The translations under genes were made by a program, and so were the position numbers. Below are positions 1 to 12,395 of a stretch of 64,000 nucleotides of DNA, one piece after another. The notes under the pieces were generated by a model. That model was not told the DNA's origin. It ran no database searches and saw only the letters and a list, made by a program, of their open reading frames with translations. The first letter of the stretch is position 1, and each line of letters opens with the position of its first letter. The DNA lies in contig NIVC01000038.1 in NCBI GenBank assembly GCA_002269645.1, forward strand, positions 434,001 to 498,000, given 5' to 3'. This DNA comes from Macrostomum lignano (lineage: Eukaryota).

Positions 1-141
1 GATAGAAATTACACGGTTGTGTTAAAGGAACAGAATCAATACTTGCTGTAGCAGTGAAGCAGCCATTTTAGCTTACATAATAATTTGCAAGCACTAAGAA
101 ATAATTGAAAGCTTCATTTTCGCTTAGGCATGAACTGAGAA

Positions 142-625
142 GTGCTAGGAAAGTTGAAAGGAAAATTGTGGGGAATGAGAAAGGGAAATAAGAGGGGGAA
201 TGAGAGGGGGAATGAGAGGGGCAATAAAAGGGGGAATGAGAGGGGGAATGAGAGGGGCAATAAAAGGGGGAATGAGAGGGGGAATGAGAGGGGCAATAAA
301 AGGGGAATAAGAGGGGGAATGAGAGAGCAATAAAACAGGGAATGAGAGGGGGAATGAGAGGGGCAATAAGAGGGAATGAGAGGGGGAATGAGACGGGGAA
401 TGAGAGGGGCCATAAAAGGGGGAATAAGAGGGGGAATGAGAGGGGCAATAAAAGGGGGAATGAGAGGGGGGATAAGAGGGGCAATAAGAGGGGAATGGGA
501 GGGAGGATGAGAGAGGAAGAGAGGAAGAGAGGGGAATGAGAGGGGAATGAGAGGGGAAATGAGGGGGGGGAAATGAGGGGGGAATGAGAGGGGAAATGAG
601 GGGGGAATGAGAGGGGAAATGAGGC
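142..625. repeat. GA-rich ~12-bp minisatellite (gagagggggaat), probably in a 3'-UTR intron
   Basis: Direct tandem repeats. A minus-strand donor GTGAAT lies at 650-645 and an acceptor cttctcag ends at 135. Confidence 0.85.
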
Positions 626-654
626 AAATAAGAAATACCACTCAATTCACCAAA

Positions 655-3600
655 TCAGCTGAGCTGGTCACTCGAAGAGCCGGCAGCCTCAGCTCCAGCA
701 GAATCTCTTGACGCCACCACCAGAGCGGATTCAACAAAGCTCACAGGTTGCGAATACTTCGGCACTGTCGACGGCTCAGCATCCGATTTTATGCCGGCGA
801 CAGCCTCATCAGAATCCAGCTCAGCCTCGGCTGCCTCGTCCACAGGCTCGTACACCACAGACAGCGGATGCGACGAAGTGAAGGGATCCGGGTAGCTGCC
901 TCGGCTGCTGGACTCCGATCGCTTGCTGCCGAGATTTGCCGAATTTCTCAGCTGCACAACAGCCGGGGTCAGCTCGCCGCTGGCTGTGTAGGCGTCGATG
1001 TCCAAAACGGTGCTGCACTCTGCGCCAGAAGCTTCCTCATCGCCGTCGGCGAACGGTCGCGATTCGGCGTCGTCTGTGGCCTCGCCCGGGCCGGGCCGGT
1101 AGATGCTGTCCAAGCTGCCGGAGTCGCCGAAACGACTGAAATAAAAAATAATTGTGGAAAATGTGTTTGAATTACACTACTCATGTAAGTAGAAACTCAG
1201 AACATTGTTAGATTTTTTAATATTTTAAATAAAAATTCATATTTTTTTAAAAATTTATTGGGGAGGCGCAAATAATCCCAGAGGAGATTTTTATTGGGGG
1301 GAGATAAATCCCAGGGAAGATTTTTACGGGGGGAGACAATCCTAGGGGGATTTTTTTGGGGAGGGGGAGATAATCCCAGGGGAGATTATTATTGGGGGGG
1401 GGGAGATAATCCCAGGGGACATTATTTTGGGAGGGGGAATCACAGGGAAGATTTTTATTGGGGGAGATTATCCCAGGGAGATTTTGGGGGGGGATAATCA
1501 CATGGGAGATTTTTATTGGGGGGAAATAATCCCAAGGGAGATTTTTATAGCAGAAGATTACCCAAGGGGCGATTTTTACTGGGAGAGGATTATCCTAGGG
1601 GCGATTTTTGGGGGGGAGATAATCCCAGGGAAGATTTTTACGGGGGGGGAGACAATCCTAGGGGGATTTTTGGGGGGGAGATAATCCCAGGGAAGATAAT
1701 TATTGGGGGGAGATAATCCCTAGGGACATTATTTTTGGGGGATCCTAGGGGAGATTTTTATTGGGGGAGATTATCCCAGGGAGATTTTTTGGGGGGATAA
1801 TCACATGGTAGATTTTTATTAGGGCAGATAATCCCAGGGAAGATTTTTATTGCAGAAGATTACCCAAGGGGCGATTTTTACTGGGAGAGGATTATCCTAG
1901 GGGCGATTTTTTGGGGGGAGGGGAGATAATCCACCTGCCTAAATCGATGTGCGGCAATTCCAATTTAGATTTCACCAGTGACAGTTTCGCTTACTTCTGA
2001 ACCAGGATGCACAGTCCGCGACACGAGATCAGGGCAATAACCAGAGCAACCAGCACGAACACCGCTTTGAACACGTCAGGAAAAGCTGAACCCAAATCAC
2101 CGAAAATCCAGTCGTCCCCACTGCCCCCGTTTCTGCCGCTGGAGTCGCGACTGCCACCAGGCGACCCAGGCAGCGGGTAGCGGCGTCTGCCTGATGATGA
2201 GAAAGTCAAGGTAAACATTAACTAAAATACGATGGAATTTCTGCTTTATATAGTTTTCTGCGATACATATCGTTGAAAAAAAAGTATTTATTTGAGCTTG
2301 TGATGATTCGAGTGACTCATTGAAGATCCGAGTGTGTGAATGAAAGATTCGAGTGTGTGAATGAAAGATTCGAGTGTGTGAATGAAGATCCGAGTGTGTG
2401 AATGAAGATCCGAGTGTGTGAATAAAAGATTCGAGTGTGTGAATGAAAAATTCGAGCGTGTGAATGAAAGATTCGAGTGTGTGAATGAAGATCCGAGTGT
2501 GTGAATGAAAGATTCGAGTGTGTGAATGAAAGATTCGAGTGTGTGAATGAAGATCCGAGTGTGTGAATGAAGATCCGAGTGTGTGAATAAAAGATTCGAG
2601 TGTGTGAATGAAAAATTCGAGCGTGTGAATGAAGATTCGAGTGTGTGAATGAAGATCCGAGTGTGTGAATAAATATTCGAGTGTGTGAATGAAGATTCGA
2701 CTGTGTGAATGAAAAATTAGAGTGTGTGAATGAAGATCCGAGTGTGTGAATGAAAAATTCGAGTGTGTGAATGAAGATCCGAGAGTGTGAATGAAAGATT
2801 CGAGTGTGTGAATGAAAAATTCGAGTGTGTGAATGAAAGATTCGAGTGTGTAAATGAAGATCCGAGTGTGTGAATGAAAAATTCGAGTGTGTGAATGAAA
2901 GATTCGAGTGTGTAAATGAAGATCCGAGTGTGTGAATGAAAGATTCGAGTGTGTGAATGAAAGATTTAAGTTTGTGAATGAAGATTCGAGTGTGTGAATG
3001 CAAGATTCAAGTGTGTTAATACAACATTCAAGTGTGTGAATGCAAGATTTAAGTGTGTGAATGAAGATTTGAGTGTGTGAATGAAATATTCGAGTGCGTG
3101 AATCTAGGTTTCGATTGTGTGAAGGAGGATTTCGAGTGTGTGAATGGAGTGCGTGAATCTAGGTTTCGATTGTGTGAAGGAATATTTTAAGTATGTGAAT
3201 GAAAGATTTAAGCGCATTAATGTCCATTCCTTAAGCTCTCACTTGAACTAAAATTGCCAACAAATCTTCGCTCAATGGTGGCATCAATTGCCCACCCAAG
3301 TGAGCACCGCCTCGCACTAGCCGTACTGTACAAAGACCTGTTGTCCGGCCTGCACAAGCAGTCTCGCTGTCTAGTCTGACTGCAACCGTCAGCCAAGACT
3401 CCGTCGCAATCACCCTGCCAAGAGTCCCAGTTGCACCAGGCGCAGTTCACCGCCAGATAATGCTGCAACGCAGGTGGCGGATGTCGCCAACGCAGCTGCA
3501 CGACAGTCTTCGGACAATCCGTCTGCTGCTGCTGCTGCTGCTGCTTAACTGCCAAGCATCGACAAGGCCTCTGTCTAGTGGAGAACTGAGACACAGCGCT

Positions 3601-3810
3601 GGCCCGGTCTCTTAAACTGTCGGCATCGGAGGGGAACTGATCTGCCAATCGGCCGGTGCATTCTTGAGTCCACACGCTCCATTCTGACCACGCGTCGGTG
3701 TCGGTTGCCTGGCAACTGGTCGATGACGACGATATTGAGGAGGAGAATGAAGTTACAATCAGTGACAGAAGCGACAGAAGTTTAACTAGCAGATGACGAA
3801 TTTGACACAT
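655..3810 (-). CDS. Type I membrane protein with TSP1-like repeats (3 coding exons, 414 aa predicted)
   Basis: Exons are 3810-3243, 2190-1995 and 1135-655. All have GT/AG ends (GTGAGA, catcag, GTAAGC, tttcag) and matching phases (1, 2). The protein has a signal-like N-terminus (LLVKLLSLLSLIVTSF), TSP1-type WSEWSVW and CAWCNWDSW..C...QTRQRDCLC motifs, one TM helix (AVFVLVALVIALISC) and an acidic Ser-rich tail. Confidence 0.8.
1255..1935. repeat. Degenerate ~30-33-bp minisatellite (gggagatttttattgggggagataatccca) in intron 2 of the TSP1-like gene
   Basis: Recurrent gggagataatccc / ggagatttttattggg blocks between the two exons. Confidence 0.8.
2320..3210. repeat. 20-21-bp minisatellite (gagtgtgtgaatgaaagattc) in intron 1 of the TSP1-like gene
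   Basis: Direct tandem repeat, decaying toward 3200. Confidence 0.9.
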
Positions 3811-3994
3811 GCCAGACGGGTGATGGCAGGTCGTTTAATTGAATCTAATTTTACTGTAGGCCAACTATAGGCTATTGTTAATCAGAGAATTTTCATTTTC
3901 AAATCAGAAATCAGAGGATATAAAAAAAACTATTTTTATTTGTTAGTTAACAAGCGAATCTATACTAAACAATATCCACTGTGTAACTGGGCTT

Positions 3995-4925
3995 TCTTAA
4001 CGGAGTGGAGAGGGAGACTCAGGTTGTGGAGAGGGAGATTCAGGTTGTGGAGAGGGAGATTCAGGTTGTGGAGAGGGAGATTCAGGTTGTGGAGAGGGAG
4101 ATTCAGGTTGTGGAGAGGGAGATTCAAGTTGTTGAGAGGGAGACTCAGGTTGTGGAGAGGGAGACTCAGGTTGTGGAGAGGGAGATTCAGGTTGTGGAGA
4201 GGGAGATTCAGGTTGTGGAGAGGGAGATTTAGGTTGTGGAGAGGGAGATTCAGGTTGTGGAGAGGGAGATTCAGGTTGTGGAGAGGGAGATTCAGGTTGT
4301 GGAGAGGGAGATTCAGGTTGTGGAGAGGGAGATTCAAGTTGTTGAGAGGGAGACTCAGGTTGTGGAGAGGGAGACTCAGGTTGTGGAGAGGGAGATTCAG
4401 GTTGTGGAGAGGGAAATTCAGGTTGTGGAGAGGGAGATTCAGGTTGTGGAGAGGGAGATTCAGGTTGTGGAGAGGGAGATTCAGGTTGTGGAGAGGGAGA
4501 TTCAGGGTGTGAAGAGGGAGATTCAGATTGTGGAGAGGGAGACTCAGGTTGTGGAGAGGGAGACTCAGGTTGTGGAGAGGGAGATTCAGGTTGTGGAGAG
4601 GGAGATTCAGGTTGTGAAGAGGGAGATTCAGGTTGTGAAGAGGGAGATTTAGGTTGTGAAGAGGGAGATTCAGGTTGTGGAGAGGGAGATTTAGGTTGTG
4701 AAGAGGGAGATTCAAGTTGTGGAGAGGGAGATTTAGGTTGTGAAGAGGGAGATTCAAGTTGTGGAGAGGGAGATTCAGGTTGTGGAGAGGGAGATTCAGG
4801 TTGTGGAGAGGGAGATTCAGGTTGTGGAGAGGGAGATTCAGGTTGTGGAGAGGGAGATTCAGGTTGTGGAGAGGGAGATTCAGGTTGTGGAGAGGGAGAT
4901 TCAGGTTGTCGAGAGGGAGATTCTA
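3995..4925. repeat. 21-bp minisatellite, variant A (gtggagagggagattcaggtt)
   Basis: Highly homogeneous tandem units. Confidence 0.95.
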
Positions 4926-4929
4926 AAGT

Positions 4930-5850
4930 GGCAGATTCAAGGAGCGGAGAGGTGGATTCAAGGGGCGGAGAGGCGGATTCAACGGGCGGAGAGGCGGATT
5001 CAAGGGGCGGAGAGGCGGGTTCAAGGGGCGGAGAGGCGGGTTCAAGGGGCGGAGAGGCGGATTCAAGGGGCGGAGAGGCAGATTCAAGGGGCGGAGAGGT
5101 GGATTCAACGGGCGGAGAGGCGGATTCAAGGGGCGGAGAGGCGGGTTCAAGGGGCGGAGAGGTGGGTTTAAGGGGGGGAGAGGCGGGTTCAAGGGGCGGA
5201 GAGGCGGATTCAAGGGGCGGATAGGAAGATTTAAGGGGCAGAGAGGCGGGTTCAAGGGGCGGAGAGGCGGATTCAAGGGGCGGAGAGGCGGATTCAAGGG
5301 GCGGAGAGGCGGATTCAAGGGGCGGAGAGTCGGATTCAAGGGGCGGAGAGGCGGGTTCAAGGGGCGGAGAGGCGGGTTCAAGGGGCGGAGAGGCGGATTC
5401 AAGGGGCGGAGAGGCGGATTCAAGGGGCGGAGAGGCGGGTTCAAGGGGCGGAGAGGCGGATTCAAGGGGCGGAGAGGCGGGTTCAAGGGGCGGAGAGGCG
5501 GATTCAAGGGGCGGAGAGGCGGATTCAAGGGGCGGAGAGGCGGGTTCAAGGGGCGGAGAGGCGGATTCAAGGGGCGGAGAGGCGGATTCAAGGGGCGGAG
5601 AGGCGGGTTCAAGGGGCGGAGAGGCGGGTTCAAGGGGCGGAGAGGCGGGTTCAAGGGGCGGAGAGGCGGATTCAAGGGGCGGAGAGGCGGATTCAAGGGG
5701 CGGAGAGGCGGGTTCAAGGGGCGGAGAGGCGGATTCAAGGGGCGGAGAGGCGGATTCAAGGGGCGGAGAGGCGGGTTCAAGGGGCGGAGAGGCGGATTCA
5801 AGGGGCGGAGAGGCGGATTCAAGGGGCGGAGAGGCGGGTTCAAAGGGCGG
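4930..5850. repeat. 21-bp minisatellite, variant B (gcggagaggcggattcaaggg)
   Basis: Highly homogeneous tandem units. The unit aligns in register with variant A. Confidence 0.95.
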
Positions 5851-6668
5851 AGAGGCGGGTTTTAAACTCTACAGTTGCTACAAATTTTAGCAAAAAATAA
5901 TATTTCTGACAAAAACGCAACAGCATTACCGACAAACAAACAAACAAACAACATCAAAACTGCAAAAGAAAAATCTTTATTTGTAATAAAAACTACTAGG
6001 AAAAGAATCAGCGAGGAAAAATCAACAGTTGACAAATAATAAATGCAGGCAAACTTCAGTCCGTTTTGATTAGATAATCTGATTACAAAAACACTTTTGA
6101 GAAGATAGAAATAAAACACAAAAAGGCGCTAACTAACACTAAATAAATAAATTTGAATGACAATAAGCTAAGCTCGCCTACTTAAAGTAGAACAATTAGG
6201 ATTTAAACTGATAGAAAGCAAAAAAATCAGCGATATAATTCGCTTCCATTCCAGTATTCTACGTATAACAGTCCATGGCTTCACTCAGCAATTAACAGAC
6301 AGATGCCTCTCATCCAGTCTATTGAGTTTCAATTCAGGAAAAAGCCACTTAATTCTACAAAAGCAGCAAAAAATCTGCCTTTGTTAATAAAAATCCCGGT
6401 CTTTCAATCAAAATTAGGTTTTTTGTTTCACTGGCTATTCAGAAATCAGCTGTCGTTGAGTTTAGGGATTCGAGATGCAGTCATTTCTAGAATAAATAAA
6501 CCAGTTTATTTTTAGTGATTTTATTAAAGCTTGATACAACAATTATAGTTGCAATTCTGCCCAAAATCGCTGACTTCTAAGCATTTCAAACAGGCATAGA
6601 CACGCTCACACAGGGTGTAAAGTGGCTCTTTGTCTCATGTATTTTAGCCATAGATGAAACATGAGCAT

Positions 6669-8917
6669 TCAAGCTACTGACAGTAGTGCAGCCAGGCTCA
6701 TAGCAACTGGTGGAACGCAGGCCAGCATTAGAAAGCAGATAATGCAGACACTGATGCAGCAGCTAACAAAGAATTTAGACAGTCTAGTTAGCAAATCTAA
6801 TAGCATCAGGTGACCGGAGAGCCAAGCGATGACCAGCAGTAGGCCGATGCTCTCACTGGCTTCTTCAGCTGACATCAGTAGGGCCAATGGATCGCTAGCA
6901 GCATTGCGTTGCCAACGGGTTACTAGGGGCGCGTAACCAATGAAACCGAGCATGATCAGACAGATGCACAGGTGAATGCTAATGACAGCCGTCATTGACC
7001 GCGTGGCTGAAATGGTTTGGTCATTACCATGTCATTTAGTCATACTTAGTAATATTGGATTTTATGACCAATGTATGACCCACATGATTGTGTTTTATGA
7101 CCAATACATGAACCCACATGATTGTGTTTCATGACCAATGTATGACCCACATGATTGTGTTTTATGACCAATACATGAACCCAATTGATTGTGTTTCATG
7201 ACCAATGTATGACCCACATGATTGGGTTTTATGACCAATACATGAATCCAAATGATTGGGTTTTATGACCAATACATGACCCACATTATTGGGTTTTGTG
7301 ACCAATACATGACCCACATGATTGGGTTTTATGACCAATATATGACCCAAATGATTGGGTTTTATGGCCAATAAATGACCCACATGATTGGGTTTTGTGA
7401 CCAGTATGACCCCACTGATGGTGCCTTATGACTAATAAGAACACACATGATTGGGTTTTATGACCAATAAAACTCAGTTTATTGGGTTTTATGAATCTCA
7501 TGGCTAATAAATTAATTCTTTAATTCACTTTTCTGACTACAAAATACAAAATACTCACCAAGCAACTTCGGAAAGATTCCAAGAACCAGCGCCAGTAGAC
7601 ACGGTAGCGCATATATTGGCTGTAAAAATGAAATCAAATAAATTGTAAAGCTAATTTAGATGATACAGTGATGAAATAATGAAGAACATATAAAACTACA
7701 AGAGAAACTCACGATCCACAGGTACGGATCGGGGTCATTCAGCTGCAGAATTGCGGAAGCGACAAACACGACAAACGACAGGGCGTTGACAGCCTGCCAA
7801 AAGTGTCTGCGCCACCGATTGGGTGGCAACAGTGATTCTAGCTGATCAACTGCCGTTGCTAAGGCTGTAGAGTCCTTGACAACCAGCATCAATGGGTCGT
7901 TTGATTTGCTCAGGCTGCGGGAGAGCAGAGAAAATTTTATTTGATTTGTTTGAATTTTTGAGAATACCGCTATGATATTTTAGGATTCCCAATATGAGAT
8001 TTGGGATTCACAATATGAGATTTGGGATTCTCACTATGAGATTTGGGATTCACAATATGAGATTTGGGATTCACAATATGAGATTCGGGATTCTTAATAT
8101 GAGATTTGGGATTCTTAATATGAGATTTGGGATTCTCACTATGATATTTGGGATTCTCACTATGAGATTTGGGATTCTCACTATAAGATTTGGGATTCTT
8201 AATATGAGATTTGGGATTCTCACTATGAGATTTGGGATTCTCACTATAAGATTTGGGATTCTTAATATGAGATTTGGGATTCTCACTATGAGATTTGGGA
8301 TTCTTAATATGAGATTTGGGATTCTCACTATGAGATTTGGGATTCACAATATGAGATTTGGGATTCTCACTATAAGATTTGGGATTCTTAATATGAGATT
8401 TGGGATTCTCACTATGAGATTTGGGATTCTCACTGTGAGATTTGGGATTCTCACTATAAGATTTGGGATTCTTAATATGAGATTTGGGATTCTCACTATA
8501 AGATTTGGGATTCTTAATATGAGATTTGGGATTCTCACTATGAGATTTGGGATTCTCACTATGAGATTTGGGATTCTCACTATGAGATTTGGGATTCTCA
8601 CTGAGATATGTCATTCTCACTATGAGGTATGTCATTCTCACTATGAGATTTGAGATTCTCACTATAAGTTATGTCATTCTCCCTATGAGATATGTCATTC
8701 TCACTATGAGATTTGAGATTCTCACTTTAAGTTATGTCATTCTCCCTATGAGATATGTCATTCTCACTATGAGATTTGTCATTCTCACTATGAGATTTAA
8801 GATTCTCACTATGAGATTTAAGATTCTCATTATGAGATTTGGCACTAAGACAATGAGATTTTCGATTTCTGATAAAAAATCTTACCTCTGCAATCGAGCC
8901 CGATCAGTGAAGTCCAT
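6669..8917 (-). CDS. TMEM220: TMEM220-like multi-pass membrane protein (4 coding exons, 210 aa predicted)
   Basis: Exons are 8917-8886, 7914-7713, 7619-7559 and 7006-6669, with canonical splice sites and phases 2, 0, 1 that join into one ORF. Family motifs QLNDPDPYLWIPIY and EEASESIGLLLVIAW are present (recalled TMEM220 motifs QxNDPD..W..IY and EE.RE..GL....W). Confidence 0.85.
7065..7480. repeat. ~33-bp minisatellite (atgacccacatgattgggttttatgaccaatac) in TMEM220 intron 3
   Basis: Direct tandem repeat. Confidence 0.85.
7975..8860. repeat. 21-bp minisatellite (atgagatttgggattctcact) in TMEM220 intron 1
   Basis: Direct tandem repeat, switching to a tgtcattctcact variant after about 8605. Confidence 0.9.
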
Positions 8918-9559
8918 GAGTTCTGATAAAAAAACGTCAATACAGTAGAAAACCCACTGACGAACTCTGCACGAAAGCCGAACAGCGTGAGCTCCCTGCA
9001 AAATTAGTGAATCACATATATATACAGTCAAGATGGTTACAAAAGCAGCCCAAAAAATATAATGCATGCTTCCCTTTTTCTACTGCTCTACAGAGAGAGA
9101 GAGCGAATGAAAGACGCGATAGGACGAGAAAGAGGCTGAGGGAGGGACGGGATGAAGGGGAATATATCCCAGCGCAGCATTCAATATGAGACCCCTTTTT
9201 TAACCTTAAGCCTTCATCTCTAGAATAAAACTCTCTAATTTGAACTCACAAAACGGAATCCTAAATGCATTATATTATTTCATTCTTTTCCTCCTCTATG
9301 AGAAGGTTGAGTCAGTAATCCATCAAAAAATTAAAATCACTGTTGGAATAACTGGAGCTACAGGCTGGGCCTCTCACAGCTCTCTCTGACTGGCAGTTTA
9401 AACAGAGATTGTAAATCATACACTTATAAGCTGCCGGCCTAAAAAATGGATCCCAAGTTTAAATGTTGTAAAATTATAATATTCTACAATATTATGGCTT
9501 CGAGGCTATTCTCATGTAATTATAACTCTCCAATAGTCTGTGATATTTTTCAAGCCAAT

Positions 9560-10520
9560 ATCCCTTCATCTCTCCTTCCCTCTCTTCCTTTCTTCCCTCC
9601 CTTCGTCCCTCCTTTCCTCCCTTTCCTCCCTTCGTCTCTCCTTCCCTCCCTTCGTCCCTCCCTTCGTCTCTCCTTCCCTCCCTTCATCTCTCCTTCCCTC
9701 CCTTCGTCTCTCCTTCCCTCTCTTCCTTCCTTCCCTCCCTCCTTCCCTCCCTTCGTCTCTCCTTCCCTCCCTTCATCTCTCCTTCCCTCCCTTCGTCTCT
9801 CCTTCCCTCTCTTCCTTCCTTCCCTCCCTTCGTCCCTCCTTTCCTCCCTTCGTCCCTCCCCTCCCTTCGTCTCTCCTTCCATCCCTTCGTCTCTCCTTCC
9901 CTCCCTTCGTCTCGTCTCTCCTTCCCTCCCTTCGTCTCGTCTCTCCTTCCCTCCCTTCGTCTCGTCTCTCCTTCCCTCCCTTCGTCCCTCCTTTCCTCCC
10001 TTCGTACCTCCTTCTCTCCCTTCGTCTCGTCTCTCCTTCCCTCCCTTCGTCTCGTCTCTCCTTCCCTCCCTTCGTCCCTCCTTTCCTCCCTTCGTACCTC
10101 CTTCTCTCCCTTCGTCTCGTCTCTCCTTCCCTCCCTTCGTCTCGTCTCTCCTTCCCTCCCTTCGTCTCGTCTCTCCTTCCCTCCCTTCGTCTCTCCTTCC
10201 CTCCCTTCGTCTCTCCTTTCCTCCCTTCATCTCACTATATTCCTCTCTTCATCTCACTATCCCACCCTTCATTTTACTATCTATCCCTTCATCTCAATAT
10301 CCCTCCCTTCATCTCACTATCCCTCCCTTCATCTCAATATCCCTCCCTTCATCTCACTATTCCGCTCTTCATCTCAATATTCTTCTCTTCATCTCAATAT
10401 CCCACCCTTCATCTCACTATCCCTCCCTTCGTCTTACTATCCCTCCCTTCATCTCACTATCTCTCTCTCTTCGTCCCTCTATCCTTCCCTCCATTTCTCT
10501 TTCTGTCCCTTCATCCATTC
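9560..10520. repeat. CT-rich compound repeat (tccttccctcccttcgtctc, then ccttcatctcactat)
   Basis: Low-complexity tandem units. This is the source of the artefactual 333-380 aa ORFs. Confidence 0.85.
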
Positions 10521-11799
10521 ACAGTCTCTCATCTCACCTAAATTCAATAAGGGGGAAATGCAGATCAAAACACTTTTATACACAATAGACCATTTAAAAA
10601 ACATCAATTTAATAGAAATAGTTTTTCCAAATTAATTTTTTTTAAAACATTGAAAACACACAAGGCAGCTTTTAGATGAAATTAAAATTTTAATTATAAG
10701 TCGGTTTTTTTCCAAACAGCAAAAATGGACTAAAATGCTTATATTTCTACTAACTATAATCGACCAACCTGTATATCTAATGATAAATTAACGTAATAAA
10801 CCAGTCCTATCCACAGATACTAGAATAACCAGATGGGCCACTCAGCACATTTGCGTGTAAGCTACTTTCAGTTCATTAGCAAGTTAAACAGAAGCATTTT
10901 AATGTATTTTTAAAGCCAAGGCTTATTTATTGCTCTTACCCCCCTCCCCCACTTAAACCTCCAACCGCGCCTTTCCACACTACCCCCCTCGCCCCGCCCC
11001 ACCCTAATTTTTATTGCCTTTTTCGGGATTCCAGCCTAAAGCGGCCATGTACATTTCAGTGGACTGGCTAATGTACATTACTTCCGAACCAATTAGCAAG
11101 CTGTTTACGCCTGCAAGCTTGGGCTTCTAAACTTATCGAAGTCATTTCAGCTGCCTTTATTTTTATAAAATAGCTTATGTATTCTTCATTGCTACTGAAC
11201 TGAAAGTAGAAAGCTGTTTTACTAAGTATATATGCCTGAGTGGCCCATCCAGTTATTTTAGTATCTGTGGTCCTATCTAGCAAATTCAATCGCTAAAATG
11301 ACTACTAGACATTTATCTAAGGGCCTGAACTTAAATGACCTAAGCAGCTTATCAAAAGAAAACTATAAAATTCCAACAGAAGTCACGCAGGCTGGAAATG
11401 TAACCATGAGATCTAGATAAGAAAAATCGAGAATGCAATTTTCTGCACGCGTGTACTTTGTCTCAATGCGTGTACAAGCTTATAAAAATAAGTACAGATA
11501 ATTCTAACTAGTCAATTAAGTAGAAAAGTTCATAATTAGATACGGTTTGGATTTTAATTGCAATAAAAAAGTCAATTAAGCAAACGAATTAACAGTTAAA
11601 ATAATGATTGAGCAAAAATTAAGGCACACAATTTCAATCCATTTCAATTTCAATCATTCCAATAAAGAAGAGCGCGTAGCATGGGCGGATCATGTAGAAA
11701 GATCGGAGATAGAGATTTGAGATAAGATGTGTGATATTAATGATGAGAGATCGGAAATAAGAGACTAGATGACAGATTGGAGATTAAAATGGAAAAATT

Positions 11800-12312
11800 A
11801 AAATAGATAAAAGATTGAAGGTGGGAAAGAGATTAGAGATAGGAGACTAGAGATTAAGAAAATGAGACTAGAGATGGGAGATTAATGATTGAAGATTGGA
11901 GATGGAAGATCAGAGATTGCAGATAGGAGATTAGAGATTGGAGACGCATGATTAGAGATTGGAGATGGAAGATTAGAGATTGGAGACGGGAGATTAGAGA
12001 TTGGAGATGGGAGATTAGATATTGGAGATTAGAGATTGGAGATGGGGGATTAGAGATTGAAGATGGGAGATTAAAGATTGGAGGTTAGAGATTGGAGATG
12101 GGAGATTAGACATTGGAGATGGGAGACTAGATATTGGAGATGGGAGATTAGAGATTGGAAATGGAGATGGGAGGTTAGAGATTGGAGATGGGAGATTAGA
12201 GATTGGAGATTAGAGATTAGAGATGGGAGATTAGAGATTGGAGATAGGAGACTGGAGATTGGAGACGGGAGATTAGAGATGCGAGATTAGAGATTGGAGA
12301 TGGGAGATTAGA
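11800..12312. repeat. 21-bp minisatellite (gggagattagagattggagat) downstream of the ACOT paralog 1 stop
   Basis: Direct tandem repeat. Confidence 0.85.
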
Positions 12313-12395
12313 ACTAGCAGTGGTGATAAGACACGCCAAAGATAAGACAGAGGTGAAGAGAACTGAACCCACCGCAGACCCAGCCATCAGTCAGT

